DNA of 64,000 nt from NCBI GenBank assembly GCA_044348745.1, contig JBIKSG010000003.1; one strand, given 5' to 3'. A program made the position numbers and the translations under genes. The notes under the pieces are model-generated. The model was not told where the DNA came from. It searched no databases and saw only the letters and a list, made by a program, of their open reading frames with translations. The number at the start of each line of letters is the position of its first letter. The first letter of the stretch is position 1. Positions 21,454-31,372 of this stretch are shown here, piece after piece. Origin of the DNA: Candidatus Planktophila sp. GTDB taxonomy: Bacteria; Actinomycetota; Actinomycetes; Nanopelagicales; Nanopelagicaceae.

Positions 21454-22398
21454 ATGACCAAAACTTCAATCATTATGGATGTCGATACAGGTGTAGATGA
21501 CGCCTTTGCTGTGCTTTTTGCGGCCATGCATCCAAATATCAACCTTCTGGGTATTACCTGCGTAGATGGCAACACTAATGTTGATCAAGTTGTCGCAAAT
21601 ACATTTAAAGTTTTGGACGCAGCAGGAGCTGGCGACATTCCTGTGGCACGGGGAGCAGTTCGTCCGTTGTTAGGAAAAAGCCAGTATGCAGAATATGTGC
21701 ACGGTAAGGACGGAATGTGCGATCTAGGGCTTGCCCCATCTCATCGCACAGTTGACCCACGTTCTGCAGTTGAGTTACTTCGGGATCTCATCGAGGCATC
21801 TGTTGACCCGGTAACGATTGTCCCAATCGCACCTCTAACAAATATCGCATTATTTTTACGTGCATTTCCAGAAACAGCTAAAAAGATTCATCGCATTGTC
21901 TTGATGGGCGGTTCAGCTGCAGCTGGAAATGCAACAGCTGCGGCTGAGTTTAATATTTGGCATGATCCAGAGGCCGCAGCAATTGTTTTTCAAAGTGGAG
22001 TACCAATATCAATGTATGGGTTAGATGTGTTCATGCGTCCAACTATTGGTCGCAAAGATGCAACTGATATGAGCACTTCAGACAAAGCATCTTCACGTTT
22101 TGCCGGTTCCTTGGCCTTAGGGTTTATGGAACAGGTGCGCACAGATCCAATTTCATTGGGAGATTATGGGGCCGTTGCTTTTGTAATTCACCCAGAGTTG
22201 TTCACAACAGAGATGTTTGATGTTGTTGTAGATACATCAGCTGGCCCTGCTCGAGGACAAACCATTGTTGACCGACGTGATGCCTGGCTGAAGCAGCTAG
22301 AACCTCTAGATCTAGAGGATTCAGCAAAGGTGCGAGTTGCCTTGGATCTAGATGTCGACGCTGTTGTGAAATTGTGGCTAAAAACCGTTAATTCATAG
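21454..22398 (+). CDS. Nucleoside hydrolase (IUNH/Rih family)
   Basis: DVDTGVDDA Ca-binding motif, HGKDG, PLTNIA, MGG, AEFNIWHDPEAA. Confidence 0.93.
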   Translation: MTKTSIIMDVDTGVDDAFAVLFAAMHPNINLLGITCVDGNTNVDQVVANTFKVLDAAGAGDIPVARGAVRPLLGKSQYAEYVHGKDGMCDLGLAPSHRTVDPRSAVELLRDLIEASVDPVTIVPIAPLTNIALFLRAFPETAKKIHRIVLMGGSAAAGNATAAAEFNIWHDPEAAAIVFQSGVPISMYGLDVFMRPTIGRKDATDMSTSDKASSRFAGSLALGFMEQVRTDPISLGDYGAVAFVIHPELFTTEMFDVVVDTSAGPARGQTIVDRRDAWLKQLEPLDLEDSAKVRVALDLDVDAVVKLWLKTVNS

Positions 22399-23235
22399 GC
22401 CTATTGGATGCCAAACGGTTTTGGCTTCCATAAAGGCGATGATCCGACCAGGGTCTGCTGACTTAAAGGAGTGAATACGCTTTAGGTTTTCAGCTCCTGC
22501 AACCTTTATCTCTGCATGTTTCTTACTTGGTAGTCCCGAGATATCTAGAGCATCAATGTCCATATGCGACGCCATCCATGGAGCAATCTCATCCTTTTTA
22601 CCTGTCAGGATGTTAATCACACCTGCTGGTAGATCACTTGTTGCAAGAACTTCAGCAAATGTCATAGCTGATAAAGGTGCTTTAGTGCTTGCCAGAACAA
22701 CAACTGTGTTTCCAGATGTGATGATCGGTGCGATTGCATCGATTAATCCAAGCAGTGATGGTGCTTCAGGCGCAATTGCTGCCACTACTCCCATGCTTTC
22801 TGGGATTGTAAAATTATAGAAAGGTCCTGCAACGGGGTTTGTTGAACCAGCAAGGGATGCGATTTTGTCTGTCCAACCTGCATACCAAACAAGACGATCA
22901 ATCGACTCCGTTACCTCTTTGTCTGCCTTTACTTTGGTAGCGCCAGTTACATTGACGATCTCTTCGACAAATTGCCCTCGACGACCTTCAAGCATCTCTG
23001 CAATGCGATACAAAATCTGACCTCGGTTATAGGCAGTTGCTTTACTCCATCCTGCATGCGCCGCGCGCGCGGCAACAACTGCATCACGCAGATCTTTTCT
23101 GGATGCTAAACATGGGTTTGCAATAAATACACCTTTTGCGTTTTTAACTTCATAAGTGCGACCGGATTCTGTACGTGGAAAGGCACCATTGATGAATAGC
23201 TTGTAAGTTTTCTTCACATCTATGCGATTACTCAT
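22393..23235 (-). CDS. Truncated, non-catalytic aldehyde dehydrogenase-like protein (ALDH16 C-terminal-like)
   Basis: TYKLFINGAFPR, RGQILYRIAE and PAGVINILTG present; no ELGGK or catalytic Cys; ends KTVWHP. Confidence 0.85.
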   Translation of the reverse strand: MSNRIDVKKTYKLFINGAFPRTESGRTYEVKNAKGVFIANPCLASRKDLRDAVVAARAAHAGWSKATAYNRGQILYRIAEMLEGRRGQFVEEIVNVTGATKVKADKEVTESIDRLVWYAGWTDKIASLAGSTNPVAGPFYNFTIPESMGVVAAIAPEAPSLLGLIDAIAPIITSGNTVVVLASTKAPLSAMTFAEVLATSDLPAGVINILTGKKDEIAPWMASHMDIDALDISGLPSKKHAEIKVAGAENLKRIHSFKSADPGRIIAFMEAKTVWHPIGL

Positions 23236-24667
23236 GTCCAACTCCCTTCAAATATGCAGCCAAGCCGTGGCGCCCGCCTTCGCGGCCCCACCCCGATTCC
23301 TTATATCCGCCAAAGGGCGATGTTGGATCAAACTTATTAAATGTATTAGCCCAGATAACTCCGGCACGAAGTTGTTGTGATGCCCACAATGTGCGAGAAC
23401 CCTTTTCGCTCCAGATACCTGCTGAAAGGCCAAAGGGAGTGTTATTTGCCTTTTCTATCGCCTCTTGTGGGGTTCTAAATGTAAGAACCGAGAGGACTGG
23501 TCCAAAGATTTCTTCACGGGCAATGCGGTGTGCTTGAGTTACGCCTGTAAAGATGGTTGGCGCAAACCAGAATCCCTTGTTTGGTAGTTTGCATTCTGAG
23601 CTCCAACGTTCTGCACCTTCTGCATCGCCAACGGCCGCAAGTTCAATAATCTTGAGTAGTTGTTCCTTGCTGTTTATTGCGCCAACATCAGTGTTCTTAT
23701 CCATCGGATCACCCACGCGGATCTTTTCCATGCGCTTCTTTAGCTTATGTAAGACTTCTTCAGCAACATTTTCTTGAAGGAGTAGTCGAGAGCCAGCACA
23801 ACAGACATGCCCTTGATTAAAGAATATGCCATTGACAATTCCTTCTACTGTTTCATCTATTGGTGCATCATCGAAGACTATATTTGCAGCCTTGCCACCG
23901 AGTTCTAAAGTAACACTCTTGTTAGTTGGCGCTACTGCTCGAGCAATAATCTTTCCAACTTCAGTTGAACCAGTAAATGCAATTTTATCTATTCCTGGGT
24001 GATTCACGATGAGGGCACCTGTTGAGCCATCACCGGTAACGATATTTACTACACCCGCTGGAAGTTCGGCCTGCTGGCAAACTTCTGCAAAAAGCAAGGC
24101 GGTAAGAGGCGTTGACTCTGCTGGCTTAAGTACAACTGTGTTTCCTGCGGCAAGTGCGGGAGCAACTTTCCAGGCAAGCATGAGCAAAGGGAAGTTCCAC
24201 GGAATAATCTGACCGGCAACTCCAAGAGGCTTAGGAGATGTGCCAAGACCTGCGTATTCAAGTTTGTCTGCCCAACCTGCGTGATAGAAAAAGTGAGCGG
24301 CGGCTAAAGGAATATCAGTGTCTCGTGATTCACGAATTGGTTTACCGTTATCGAGAGTCTCCAGTACTGCAAATTCACGTGCTCGCTCTTGCATGATACG
24401 TGCGATTCGATACAAGTACTTTCCGCGCTCTTTGCCAGACATCTTTGACCATGTGTTTGTATATGCCTTGCGCGCAGCTTTTACCGCTGCGTCAACATCT
24501 GCTTTTCCGGCAAGGGCTATCTGGCTGAGGACTTCTTCAGTTGCTGGATTTATGGTGGGGAAGTGCTTACCGCCTGGCACAAACTTTCCACCGATGAAGT
24601 GACCATACTTTGGCTTGATCGTGACAATTGCGCGTGATTCTGGCGCTGGGGCGTATTCGAAGGTCAT
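23228..24667 (-). CDS. Aldehyde dehydrogenase (acetaldehyde-utilising, deoC-linked)
   Basis: IPWNFP, KPAE, FTGST, LELGGK, NQGHVCCAG, EEIFGPV, PFGGYKESG; start placed after GGAG. Confidence 0.94.
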   Translation of the reverse strand: MTFEYAPAPESRAIVTIKPKYGHFIGGKFVPGGKHFPTINPATEEVLSQIALAGKADVDAAVKAARKAYTNTWSKMSGKERGKYLYRIARIMQERAREFAVLETLDNGKPIRESRDTDIPLAAAHFFYHAGWADKLEYAGLGTSPKPLGVAGQIIPWNFPLLMLAWKVAPALAAGNTVVLKPAESTPLTALLFAEVCQQAELPAGVVNIVTGDGSTGALIVNHPGIDKIAFTGSTEVGKIIARAVAPTNKSVTLELGGKAANIVFDDAPIDETVEGIVNGIFFNQGHVCCAGSRLLLQENVAEEVLHKLKKRMEKIRVGDPMDKNTDVGAINSKEQLLKIIELAAVGDAEGAERWSSECKLPNKGFWFAPTIFTGVTQAHRIAREEIFGPVLSVLTFRTPQEAIEKANNTPFGLSAGIWSEKGSRTLWASQQLRAGVIWANTFNKFDPTSPFGGYKESGWGREGGRHGLAAYLKGVGHE

Positions 24668-24678
24668 AGTCGTCTCCA

Positions 24679-25626
24679 TTAATCCATCGTCACATACTGA
24701 GGGCTAGTGTAATAACCATCATCCATCTTCATGCGTTGCATCAATAGGTCATTGAGCAAAGCACTAGCACCAATTCGAAACAGTTTCGGATTGAGCCAAT
24801 CTGGTCCAACAGTTTCATTGACCAAAACTAATTGCTTAATTGCATCTTTCGTATTGCGAATTCCTCCGGCAGGTTTAACTCCAATGCGCACTTGTGTCAT
24901 CTCATAGAAGTCGCGGACTGCCTCTAACATGACTAACACGACTGGGGGAGTTGCAGCTGGTGCAACCTTTCCTGTTGAAGTCTTAATGAAATCAGCACCT
25001 GCTGCCATTGCCAAAAATGATGCTTTGCGGACATTGTCATATGTGACTAGCTCACCAGTTTCAAAAATCACCTTTAGGTGCGCCTTATCACCACATACTT
25101 CGCGGATCTGAACAATCTCATTGAACACATCAATATATCGCCCAGCAAGGAAAGCACCTCGATCGATCACCATATCGATTTCAGCTGCGCCTGCATCAAT
25201 AGCATCTTGGGTATCTCGAATCTTGACCGGCATTGATGCACGACCTGATGGAAAAGCAGTTGAAACCGCTGCTACGGGAACATGCTGCCCACCAATCAAA
25301 TCTAAGTGCGTGCGAGCGACTTTAACCATGTCGTTATAGACACAAACCGCTCCAACGCTAGGAACGGATGCATCTGTTGGATCTGGTCTGACAGCTTTTG
25401 TGCATAATGCCTTTACCTTGCCAGGAGTATCCGCGCCCTCAAGTGTTGTTAAATCCACCATCGTGATTGCCGTATCAATTGCCCAGCGCTTTGATGTTGT
25501 TTTTATACTTCTAGTTGCAAGCATGCTTGCCCGACCTTCGGCTCCAACCTGGTCTACACCAGAGAGATTGCCTAGATAACTCTTTAGCGAGGCATCACTG
25601 CCATCTACTAAACCATAAAAACTCAC
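24679..25626 (-). CDS. deoC: Deoxyribose-phosphate aldolase
   Basis: DLTTLEG, EIDMVI, LKVIFETGEL, FIKTSTGK, KPAGGIR, FRIGASALL. Confidence 0.96.
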   Translation of the reverse strand: MSFYGLVDGSDASLKSYLGNLSGVDQVGAEGRASMLATRSIKTTSKRWAIDTAITMVDLTTLEGADTPGKVKALCTKAVRPDPTDASVPSVGAVCVYNDMVKVARTHLDLIGGQHVPVAAVSTAFPSGRASMPVKIRDTQDAIDAGAAEIDMVIDRGAFLAGRYIDVFNEIVQIREVCGDKAHLKVIFETGELVTYDNVRKASFLAMAAGADFIKTSTGKVAPAATPPVVLVMLEAVRDFYEMTQVRIGVKPAGGIRNTKDAIKQLVLVNETVGPDWLNPKLFRIGASALLNDLLMQRMKMDDGYYTSPQYVTMD

Positions 25627-27239
25627 GATAGCAATTCCTTAAGCGGTGGTCGCAGTTGATCCAATACTACTTGAGCAGAATCAGAATCCTTTTCAATAAC
25701 CTCAATGTAACACTTCATCTTTGCTTCAGTACCGCTGGGGCGAATAATGATTCGGATTCCACCATCTAGCCAAATTCTCAAACCATCTGTCGGTGGTAAT
25801 CCATCAGTGGGGGCAGCTAGATCATCAATTGAAGTAACTAGACGTCCTGCAATTTCTTGTGGGGGATTAGTACGTAGCCCCCCGAGAATTATGCCCACCT
25901 TGGATAAATCAGTAAGACGAATAGAAATTTGCTCCGTTGCATGGAATCCATGACGAGCCCAAATCTCATTAAGGAGATCAAGAATAGTTTTACCATCGGC
26001 AGCTAGATCTGTTGCTATTTGCGCCAAAGTAATTGCTGCAGAAATTCCGTCCTTGTCATTGACAGTCTCTGCATCAACTGCATATCCCAGAGCTTCTTCA
26101 TAACCAAAGGTCAACCCTTTAATTTTTGCTAACCATTTAAATCCTGTGAGTGTTTCTTCAAATTCGAAATTGTAATGTTTGGCAATTTTTCTAAGTATTG
26201 AAGAGGAGACAATTGAATTGGCAAATATTCCTGAGCCGCCTTTTCGGGCAATAGATTCGCCCAATAATGCCCCTAATTCATCACCTTTGAGCATGCGCCA
26301 ACCCGATGTGGGATCTTTTATTGCCGCTGCACATCGATCTGCATCGGGATCATTTGCAATGACTAAATCTGCCTCAAAAGTTTTTGCTGTCTCAAGAGCT
26401 AAATCTATTGCGCCCGGCTCTTCAGGATTTGGAAAGGCAACAGTTGGAAAATCTGGATCTGGTGCAGCTTGTGCATCAACTAAAATTGGAGAAAGAAAAC
26501 CGGCTTTATGAAAAACTCGCTGAAGTGTTTCGGTGCCGACCCCATGCATTGCTGTGTAAACAATCTTCAGGGTGCCCGGTTTTGTTGCAAGAGATGCGGT
26601 GCGAGTGATGTATTTTTCAACTATCTCCTCGCCTAAGTCTGTCCACGCCTTGCCTCGTGGTTGATCTTTTAGCGAAACAATGGCATCAATCTTTTGTGCA
26701 ATTGAAACATCTGTAGGGGAAACTATCTGGGAACCACGGTATTCAATGCCATCAACGGTTCCTCCAAGGTAAACCTTGTATCCATTATCTTGAGGTGGGT
26801 TGTGGCTTGCAGTAACCATGATTCCTACATCACAACCCAACTCATTAGTTGCAAAAGCCAAAACAGGTGTAGGAAGTGGCCGGGGCAGAACATAAACATT
26901 CATGCCCGCCCCACTCATAATCTCAGCTGTTTCAAATGTGTAATCTTCTGATCCATATCGGGCATCGCGACCAATAACTACAGAAGTCAGGTTGCGTTCG
27001 CGCATGTAAGTGACAATTCCGGCGGCCGTGCGGCCAACAACTGCACGATTCATGCCAGATGGTCCAGGTCGAATAGGGCCACGTAAGCCAGCCGTTCCAA
27101 ATTGCAAGAAGCCGCTAAATGATTTCTTTAATTCTGCTTCGTTATTAGTATCTAGCCATTCTTGCAACTGCGAAGATGTAATTGGATCCGGATCATCTGC
27201 AATCCAGGCTTGAACTTCTCTGACTAATGATTGATCCAT
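25623..27239 (-). CDS. Phospho-sugar mutase (alpha-D-phosphohexomutase family; probable phosphopentomutase by context)
   Basis: FGTAGLRG, TASHNP, DPDADR, GYEEA, RPSGTE; leaderless -10 TACTCT 6 nt before ATG 27239. Confidence 0.9.
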   Translation of the reverse strand: MDQSLVREVQAWIADDPDPITSSQLQEWLDTNNEAELKKSFSGFLQFGTAGLRGPIRPGPSGMNRAVVGRTAAGIVTYMRERNLTSVVIGRDARYGSEDYTFETAEIMSGAGMNVYVLPRPLPTPVLAFATNELGCDVGIMVTASHNPPQDNGYKVYLGGTVDGIEYRGSQIVSPTDVSIAQKIDAIVSLKDQPRGKAWTDLGEEIVEKYITRTASLATKPGTLKIVYTAMHGVGTETLQRVFHKAGFLSPILVDAQAAPDPDFPTVAFPNPEEPGAIDLALETAKTFEADLVIANDPDADRCAAAIKDPTSGWRMLKGDELGALLGESIARKGGSGIFANSIVSSSILRKIAKHYNFEFEETLTGFKWLAKIKGLTFGYEEALGYAVDAETVNDKDGISAAITLAQIATDLAADGKTILDLLNEIWARHGFHATEQISIRLTDLSKVGIILGGLRTNPPQEIAGRLVTSIDDLAAPTDGLPPTDGLRIWLDGGIRIIIRPSGTEAKMKCYIEVIEKDSDSAQVVLDQLRPPLKELLS

Positions 27240-27280
27240 GTGCCTAGAGTAACTTCGAGGCAACTCTTTGAGAAGTCAGA

Positions 27281-28999
27281 TTATTTATCGATAATGTCAC
27301 AGAGATTGGTGCCACTAGAAACAGTGGTTCCTATAACTGCTGTTAGATTTGAGATTATTCCGGCCTTATGGGCAGTTAAAGGCTGCTCCATTTTCATCGC
27401 TTCAAGTACAAAGATGAGGTCACCCACTTCAACTGATGCACCTTCTTCTACTGCAATCTTTACGACCGTTCCTTGCATTGGGCTTGTAAGACCAGAACCG
27501 CTCGAGCCACCCGCCATAGTTTGTTTTGCGCGGTGACGCTTTACGACAGGTTTTGGCGCGTGAACAAGAATTTCAAATCGTTTCCCATTAACTTCAGTAA
27601 CAAGATATTCAGGTGCCATATGAGTTTCTAGAGGCGGCTCACTAAAAGTAAATGCTGGGATTTGGTTGTTAAATTCATTTTCAATATAGCTGGTGTAGAC
27701 CTTGAAATTCTCTGTGTATGCCGGGTCTTCTAGGATTGCACGGTGAAATGGAATCGCTGTTGCTAATCCGCCAACTTTGAACTCTGAAAGTGCGCGGCGA
27801 GCACGCTCAATTGCCTGTTCACGCGTTGCTCCCGTAACAATCAACTTTGCAAGGAGTGAATCAAAATTACCACCGATAGTGTCACCGGCTTGAAAACCTG
27901 CATCAACTCGAACTCCAGGACCAGTTGGAATTTCCCACTCAGTTAGGCGACCAGGGGCTGGCAAGAAGGAACGTCCTGGATCTTCGCCATTGATTCGAAA
28001 TTCAATTGAATGGCCGCGAACAATCGGATCATCAAATCCAAGCGCTTCACCATCAGCAATTCGGAACTGCTCACGGACAAGATCAAGTCCAGTTACTTCT
28101 TCGCTCACGGGATGCTCAACTTGTAAACGAGTATTTACTTCAAGAAAAGAAATCGTTCCATCAGCACCAACCAAGAATTCGCATGTCCCAGCACCAACAT
28201 AACCTGCCTCTTTCATGATTGCCTTACTTGAACGGTAGAGCTCATCATTTTGTGCTTGGGTTAAAAATGGCGCTGGTGCTTCCTCAACAAGTTTTTGGTG
28301 ACGACGTTGCAACGAGCAGTCACGAGTACTAACAACAACAGCATGGCCGTATTTATCAACTAAAACTTGGGTTTCAACATGTCGTGGCTTGTCTAGATAG
28401 CGCTCCACGAAGCATTCACCGCGACCAAAACCTGAAATTGCCTCACGGACAGCAGATGCAAACAACTCTGGAATTTCCTCCATAGTGTGCGCGACCTTAA
28501 GTCCACGTCCACCTCCACCGTGGGCAGCTTTTATAGCAACTGGTAAGCCATGTTCTTTGGCAAAAGTGGTGACTTCTTCATGACCGGCAACAGGATCTTT
28601 TGTGCCTGCAACAAGAGGTGCGCCAGCTTTTGCGGCAATTTTTCGTGCAGAAACTTTATCGCCTAGAGCACGGATCGCTTCAGGTGGTGGCCCGATCCAG
28701 GTAAGGCCCGCATCAATGACTGCTTGGGCAAAGTTTGCATTCTCTGAAAGAAATCCATAACCAGGGTGTACCGCATCTGCCCCAGACTCTTTAGCAATTG
28801 CAATTAACTTTTCAATATCTAAATAGGTTTCTGTGGCTGTTATGCCCTGAAGTGAATAAGCAGTATCAGCCATCTGTGCATGTAAAGATGTGCGATCTTC
28901 ATCTGAATACACCGCAACACTTTCAAGCCCATGATCTTTACAGGCACGAATAACACGCAGTGCAATTTCTCCACGATTTGCAATAAGGACGCGCTTCAT
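27281..28999 (-). CDS. Acyl-CoA carboxylase alpha chain (biotin carboxylase plus BCCP)
   Basis: [43 protein letters not shown] biotin site; ATGA overlap with maf. Confidence 0.95.
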   Translation of the reverse strand: MKRVLIANRGEIALRVIRACKDHGLESVAVYSDEDRTSLHAQMADTAYSLQGITATETYLDIEKLIAIAKESGADAVHPGYGFLSENANFAQAVIDAGLTWIGPPPEAIRALGDKVSARKIAAKAGAPLVAGTKDPVAGHEEVTTFAKEHGLPVAIKAAHGGGGRGLKVAHTMEEIPELFASAVREAISGFGRGECFVERYLDKPRHVETQVLVDKYGHAVVVSTRDCSLQRRHQKLVEEAPAPFLTQAQNDELYRSSKAIMKEAGYVGAGTCEFLVGADGTISFLEVNTRLQVEHPVSEEVTGLDLVREQFRIADGEALGFDDPIVRGHSIEFRINGEDPGRSFLPAPGRLTEWEIPTGPGVRVDAGFQAGDTIGGNFDSLLAKLIVTGATREQAIERARRALSEFKVGGLATAIPFHRAILEDPAYTENFKVYTSYIENEFNNQIPAFTFSEPPLETHMAPEYLVTEVNGKRFEILVHAPKPVVKRHRAKQTMAGGSSGSGLTSPMQGTVVKIAVEEGASVEVGDLIFVLEAMKMEQPLTAHKAGIISNLTAVIGTTVSSGTNLCDIIDK

Positions 29000-29598
29000 T
29001 TCATCAACTTTGCTTGAGGCCATGAGTATCCGAGCTGAGCAAATGCCTTACGCACAAATGGCATTGATATCCCAACAACATTTGTGTAATCACCTTCAAT
29101 TGAAGGGATAAATGGAGAACTAAAGCCATCAAGAGTAAATCCACCTGCAACATGGAGCGGTTCTTCAGTAGCAACGTAATCTGTGATTTCTTCATCGCTC
29201 ATGTGATCAAATGTGACTCGCGTGGTTACCCGATCTGAAATCTCAACATCTTTGACTGTGTCGATAATGCAATGTCCGGTATGTAACAGTCCAGAGTTGC
29301 CTCGAACTCGCATAGCGCGCTCTGTTGCAATCTCAGGCGTTCCTGGCTTACCTAGTGAAACACCATCAAATTCAAAGGTTGAGTCACAGCCAATAATTAT
29401 TGCTGGAAAGTCAATTTGTTCACGGACAGTGTGTGCTTTTGTGATTGCCAAGGCAATCACCATGTCTGCAGGGTTCATGGCATTGAAAAAATCTGTTTCT
29501 TCATCAACATTGCTGACAATTATCTTTGGTGACAAGCCAGCCGACTCTAGTAAACGTCGTCGACTAGTTGATTGAGATGCAAGAACAATTGTGGGCAT
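28996..29598 (-). CDS. maf: Maf-family nucleoside triphosphate pyrophosphatase
   Basis: LASQS.SRRRLL, IGCDS, GKP, AGGF, NVVG. Confidence 0.92.
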   Translation of the reverse strand: MPTIVLASQSTSRRRLLESAGLSPKIIVSNVDEETDFFNAMNPADMVIALAITKAHTVREQIDFPAIIIGCDSTFEFDGVSLGKPGTPEIATERAMRVRGNSGLLHTGHCIIDTVKDVEISDRVTTRVTFDHMSDEEITDYVATEEPLHVAGGFTLDGFSSPFIPSIEGDYTNVVGISMPFVRKAFAQLGYSWPQAKLMK

Positions 29599-29600
29599 TG

Positions 29601-29783
29601 TTAACCAAACCTTCTTGCGCCAAATGTAATTTGATGAGGCAAAGGCTGACGCAATTGTGGTAACCCATAAACACTGCGACGAATTACAGGTTTGAGCTCT
29701 TCACGTTTATGTTGTGCCATCGCAGCCTGAATTGCCGCCAACTCTTCTGGAGTTGGATTTCCGTTGGTAACTTCAAATTCCAT
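29601..29783 (-). CDS. Acyl-CoA carboxylase epsilon subunit
   Basis: GNPTPEELAA signature; directly follows the beta-subunit gene. Confidence 0.85.
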   Translation of the reverse strand: MEFEVTNGNPTPEELAAIQAAMAQHKREELKPVIRRSVYGLPQLRQPLPHQITFGARRFG

Positions 29784-31354
29784 TAGAGGGGAATGTTCCC
29801 GTGCTTACGTGCTGGAAGTACATCACGCTTTGTTTTCAGTGTTCTAAATGCTTTAGTGATGTAGGCACGAGATTGACTTGGCTCGATCACCGTGTCAATT
29901 GTCCCTCGCTCTGCAGCTAGATATGGGTTAGCTAGTGATTCGTTGTAATCCTTTACCAACTCAGCCCGCTTTGCTTCAGGATCCCTGGCTTCTGCTAAAT
30001 CCTTACGATACAAAATATTTACTGCACCTTGTGCACCCATGACAGCGATTTCAGCACTTGGCCAAGCAAAGTTAATGTCACTTCCAAGGTATTTAGATCC
30101 CATGACAATGAATGCACCACCGTAGGCTTTTCGGGTAATAAGAGTAACTAGGGGAACAGATGCCTCAGCATATGCATACAGCAATTTAGCTCCACGGCGA
30201 ATAATTCCATCCCACTCTTGCTCGGTTCCTGGCAAGAAACCTGGAACATCTACAAGGGTAAGAATTGGAATGTTAAAGGCATCGCAAAAACGTAAGAAGC
30301 GTGCTGCTTTCTCGCTTGAATTGATATCAAGGGTTCCGGCTAATTGATTTGGTTGATTAGCAATGATTCCAATTGATTCACCTTCAATTCGGGCAAATCC
30401 AACGACAATGTTTGGTGCATAGAGTGCATGAACCTCTAAGAATTCGCCCTCATCAACTAATGCCTGAATCAAAACCTTCATGTCATATGGCTGGTTAGGA
30501 CTGTCTGGAATCAAGGTATCGAGTGCAATGTCTGAAGCTTTCTTTTCCAAAGTTTCAGTAGGTGGCAAATGTGGTGTTGCATCCATATTGTTTGATGGAA
30601 GGTATGAAAGAAGAGCTTTTACGTAATCAATTGCATCATCTTCATTTTCGGCTAAGTAGTGAGAGTTACCGGTGCGCGTGTTATGTGTGCGTGCTCCGCC
30701 AAGCTCTTCCATTCCAACTTCTTCACCAGTCACAGTCTTGATCACATCAGGACCGGTAATAAACATGTGCGAAGTTTCGTTGACCATCACCGTGAAGTCT
30801 GTAAGCGCTGGTGAGTAAGCAGAACCTCCGGCACATGGACCAAGAATGAGTGAGATCTGTGGAATAACACCTGATGAGCGAGTGTTCAGACGGAAAATCT
30901 TGCCGTAACCATTTAATGATGCAACGCCTTCTTGAATACGTGCCCCACCCGAATCATTTATTCCGATGAGTGGAATTCCAGATTTAAGAGCGAATTCGGC
31001 AATCTTAACAATTTTCTCCGCGTGAACTTCTCCCAAAGATCCGCCCATCACAGTGAAATCCTGTGAATACAAAGCAATTGGGCGACCGTCAACGGTTGCA
31101 GTGCCGATAACAACGCCATCACCGTATGGGCGATTTTTTTCCATTCCAAACTGTGTTGAGCGATGACGTGCAAACTCATCTATTTCTGTGAATGAATCAG
31201 CGTCAACCAGCAATTCGATTCTTTCACGGGCTGATTTCTTGCCTTTAGAGTGCTGCTTTTCAACGGCGCGCTCAGAGCCACCATGGATAGCTTCCTCAAC
31301 ACGATCACGAAGATCTTCTATTTTTCCGGCAGTTGTATGCAGATCACGGCTCAT
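29783..31354 (-). CDS. Acyl/propionyl-CoA carboxylase beta subunit (carboxyltransferase)
   Basis: [39 protein letters not shown]. Confidence 0.96.
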   Translation of the reverse strand: MSRDLHTTAGKIEDLRDRVEEAIHGGSERAVEKQHSKGKKSARERIELLVDADSFTEIDEFARHRSTQFGMEKNRPYGDGVVIGTATVDGRPIALYSQDFTVMGGSLGEVHAEKIVKIAEFALKSGIPLIGINDSGGARIQEGVASLNGYGKIFRLNTRSSGVIPQISLILGPCAGGSAYSPALTDFTVMVNETSHMFITGPDVIKTVTGEEVGMEELGGARTHNTRTGNSHYLAENEDDAIDYVKALLSYLPSNNMDATPHLPPTETLEKKASDIALDTLIPDSPNQPYDMKVLIQALVDEGEFLEVHALYAPNIVVGFARIEGESIGIIANQPNQLAGTLDINSSEKAARFLRFCDAFNIPILTLVDVPGFLPGTEQEWDGIIRRGAKLLYAYAEASVPLVTLITRKAYGGAFIVMGSKYLGSDINFAWPSAEIAVMGAQGAVNILYRKDLAEARDPEAKRAELVKDYNESLANPYLAAERGTIDTVIEPSQSRAYITKAFRTLKTKRDVLPARKHGNIPL

Positions 31355-31372
31355 AGGCGTACGGTACTAGTC
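31355..31372. promoter_or_regulatory. 18-bp bidirectional leaderless promoter (carboxyltransferase / birA)
   Basis: TACGGT on + (31360-31365), 7 nt before GTG 31373; TACCGT on - (31366-31361), 6 nt before ATG 31354. Confidence 0.65.

Noticed and set aside
22393-23235. Short ALDH as a pseudogene fragment
   Set aside because: It has an intact frame, an SD, an overlapped start and a proper C-terminal strand; the missing part is a clean whole-domain deletion.
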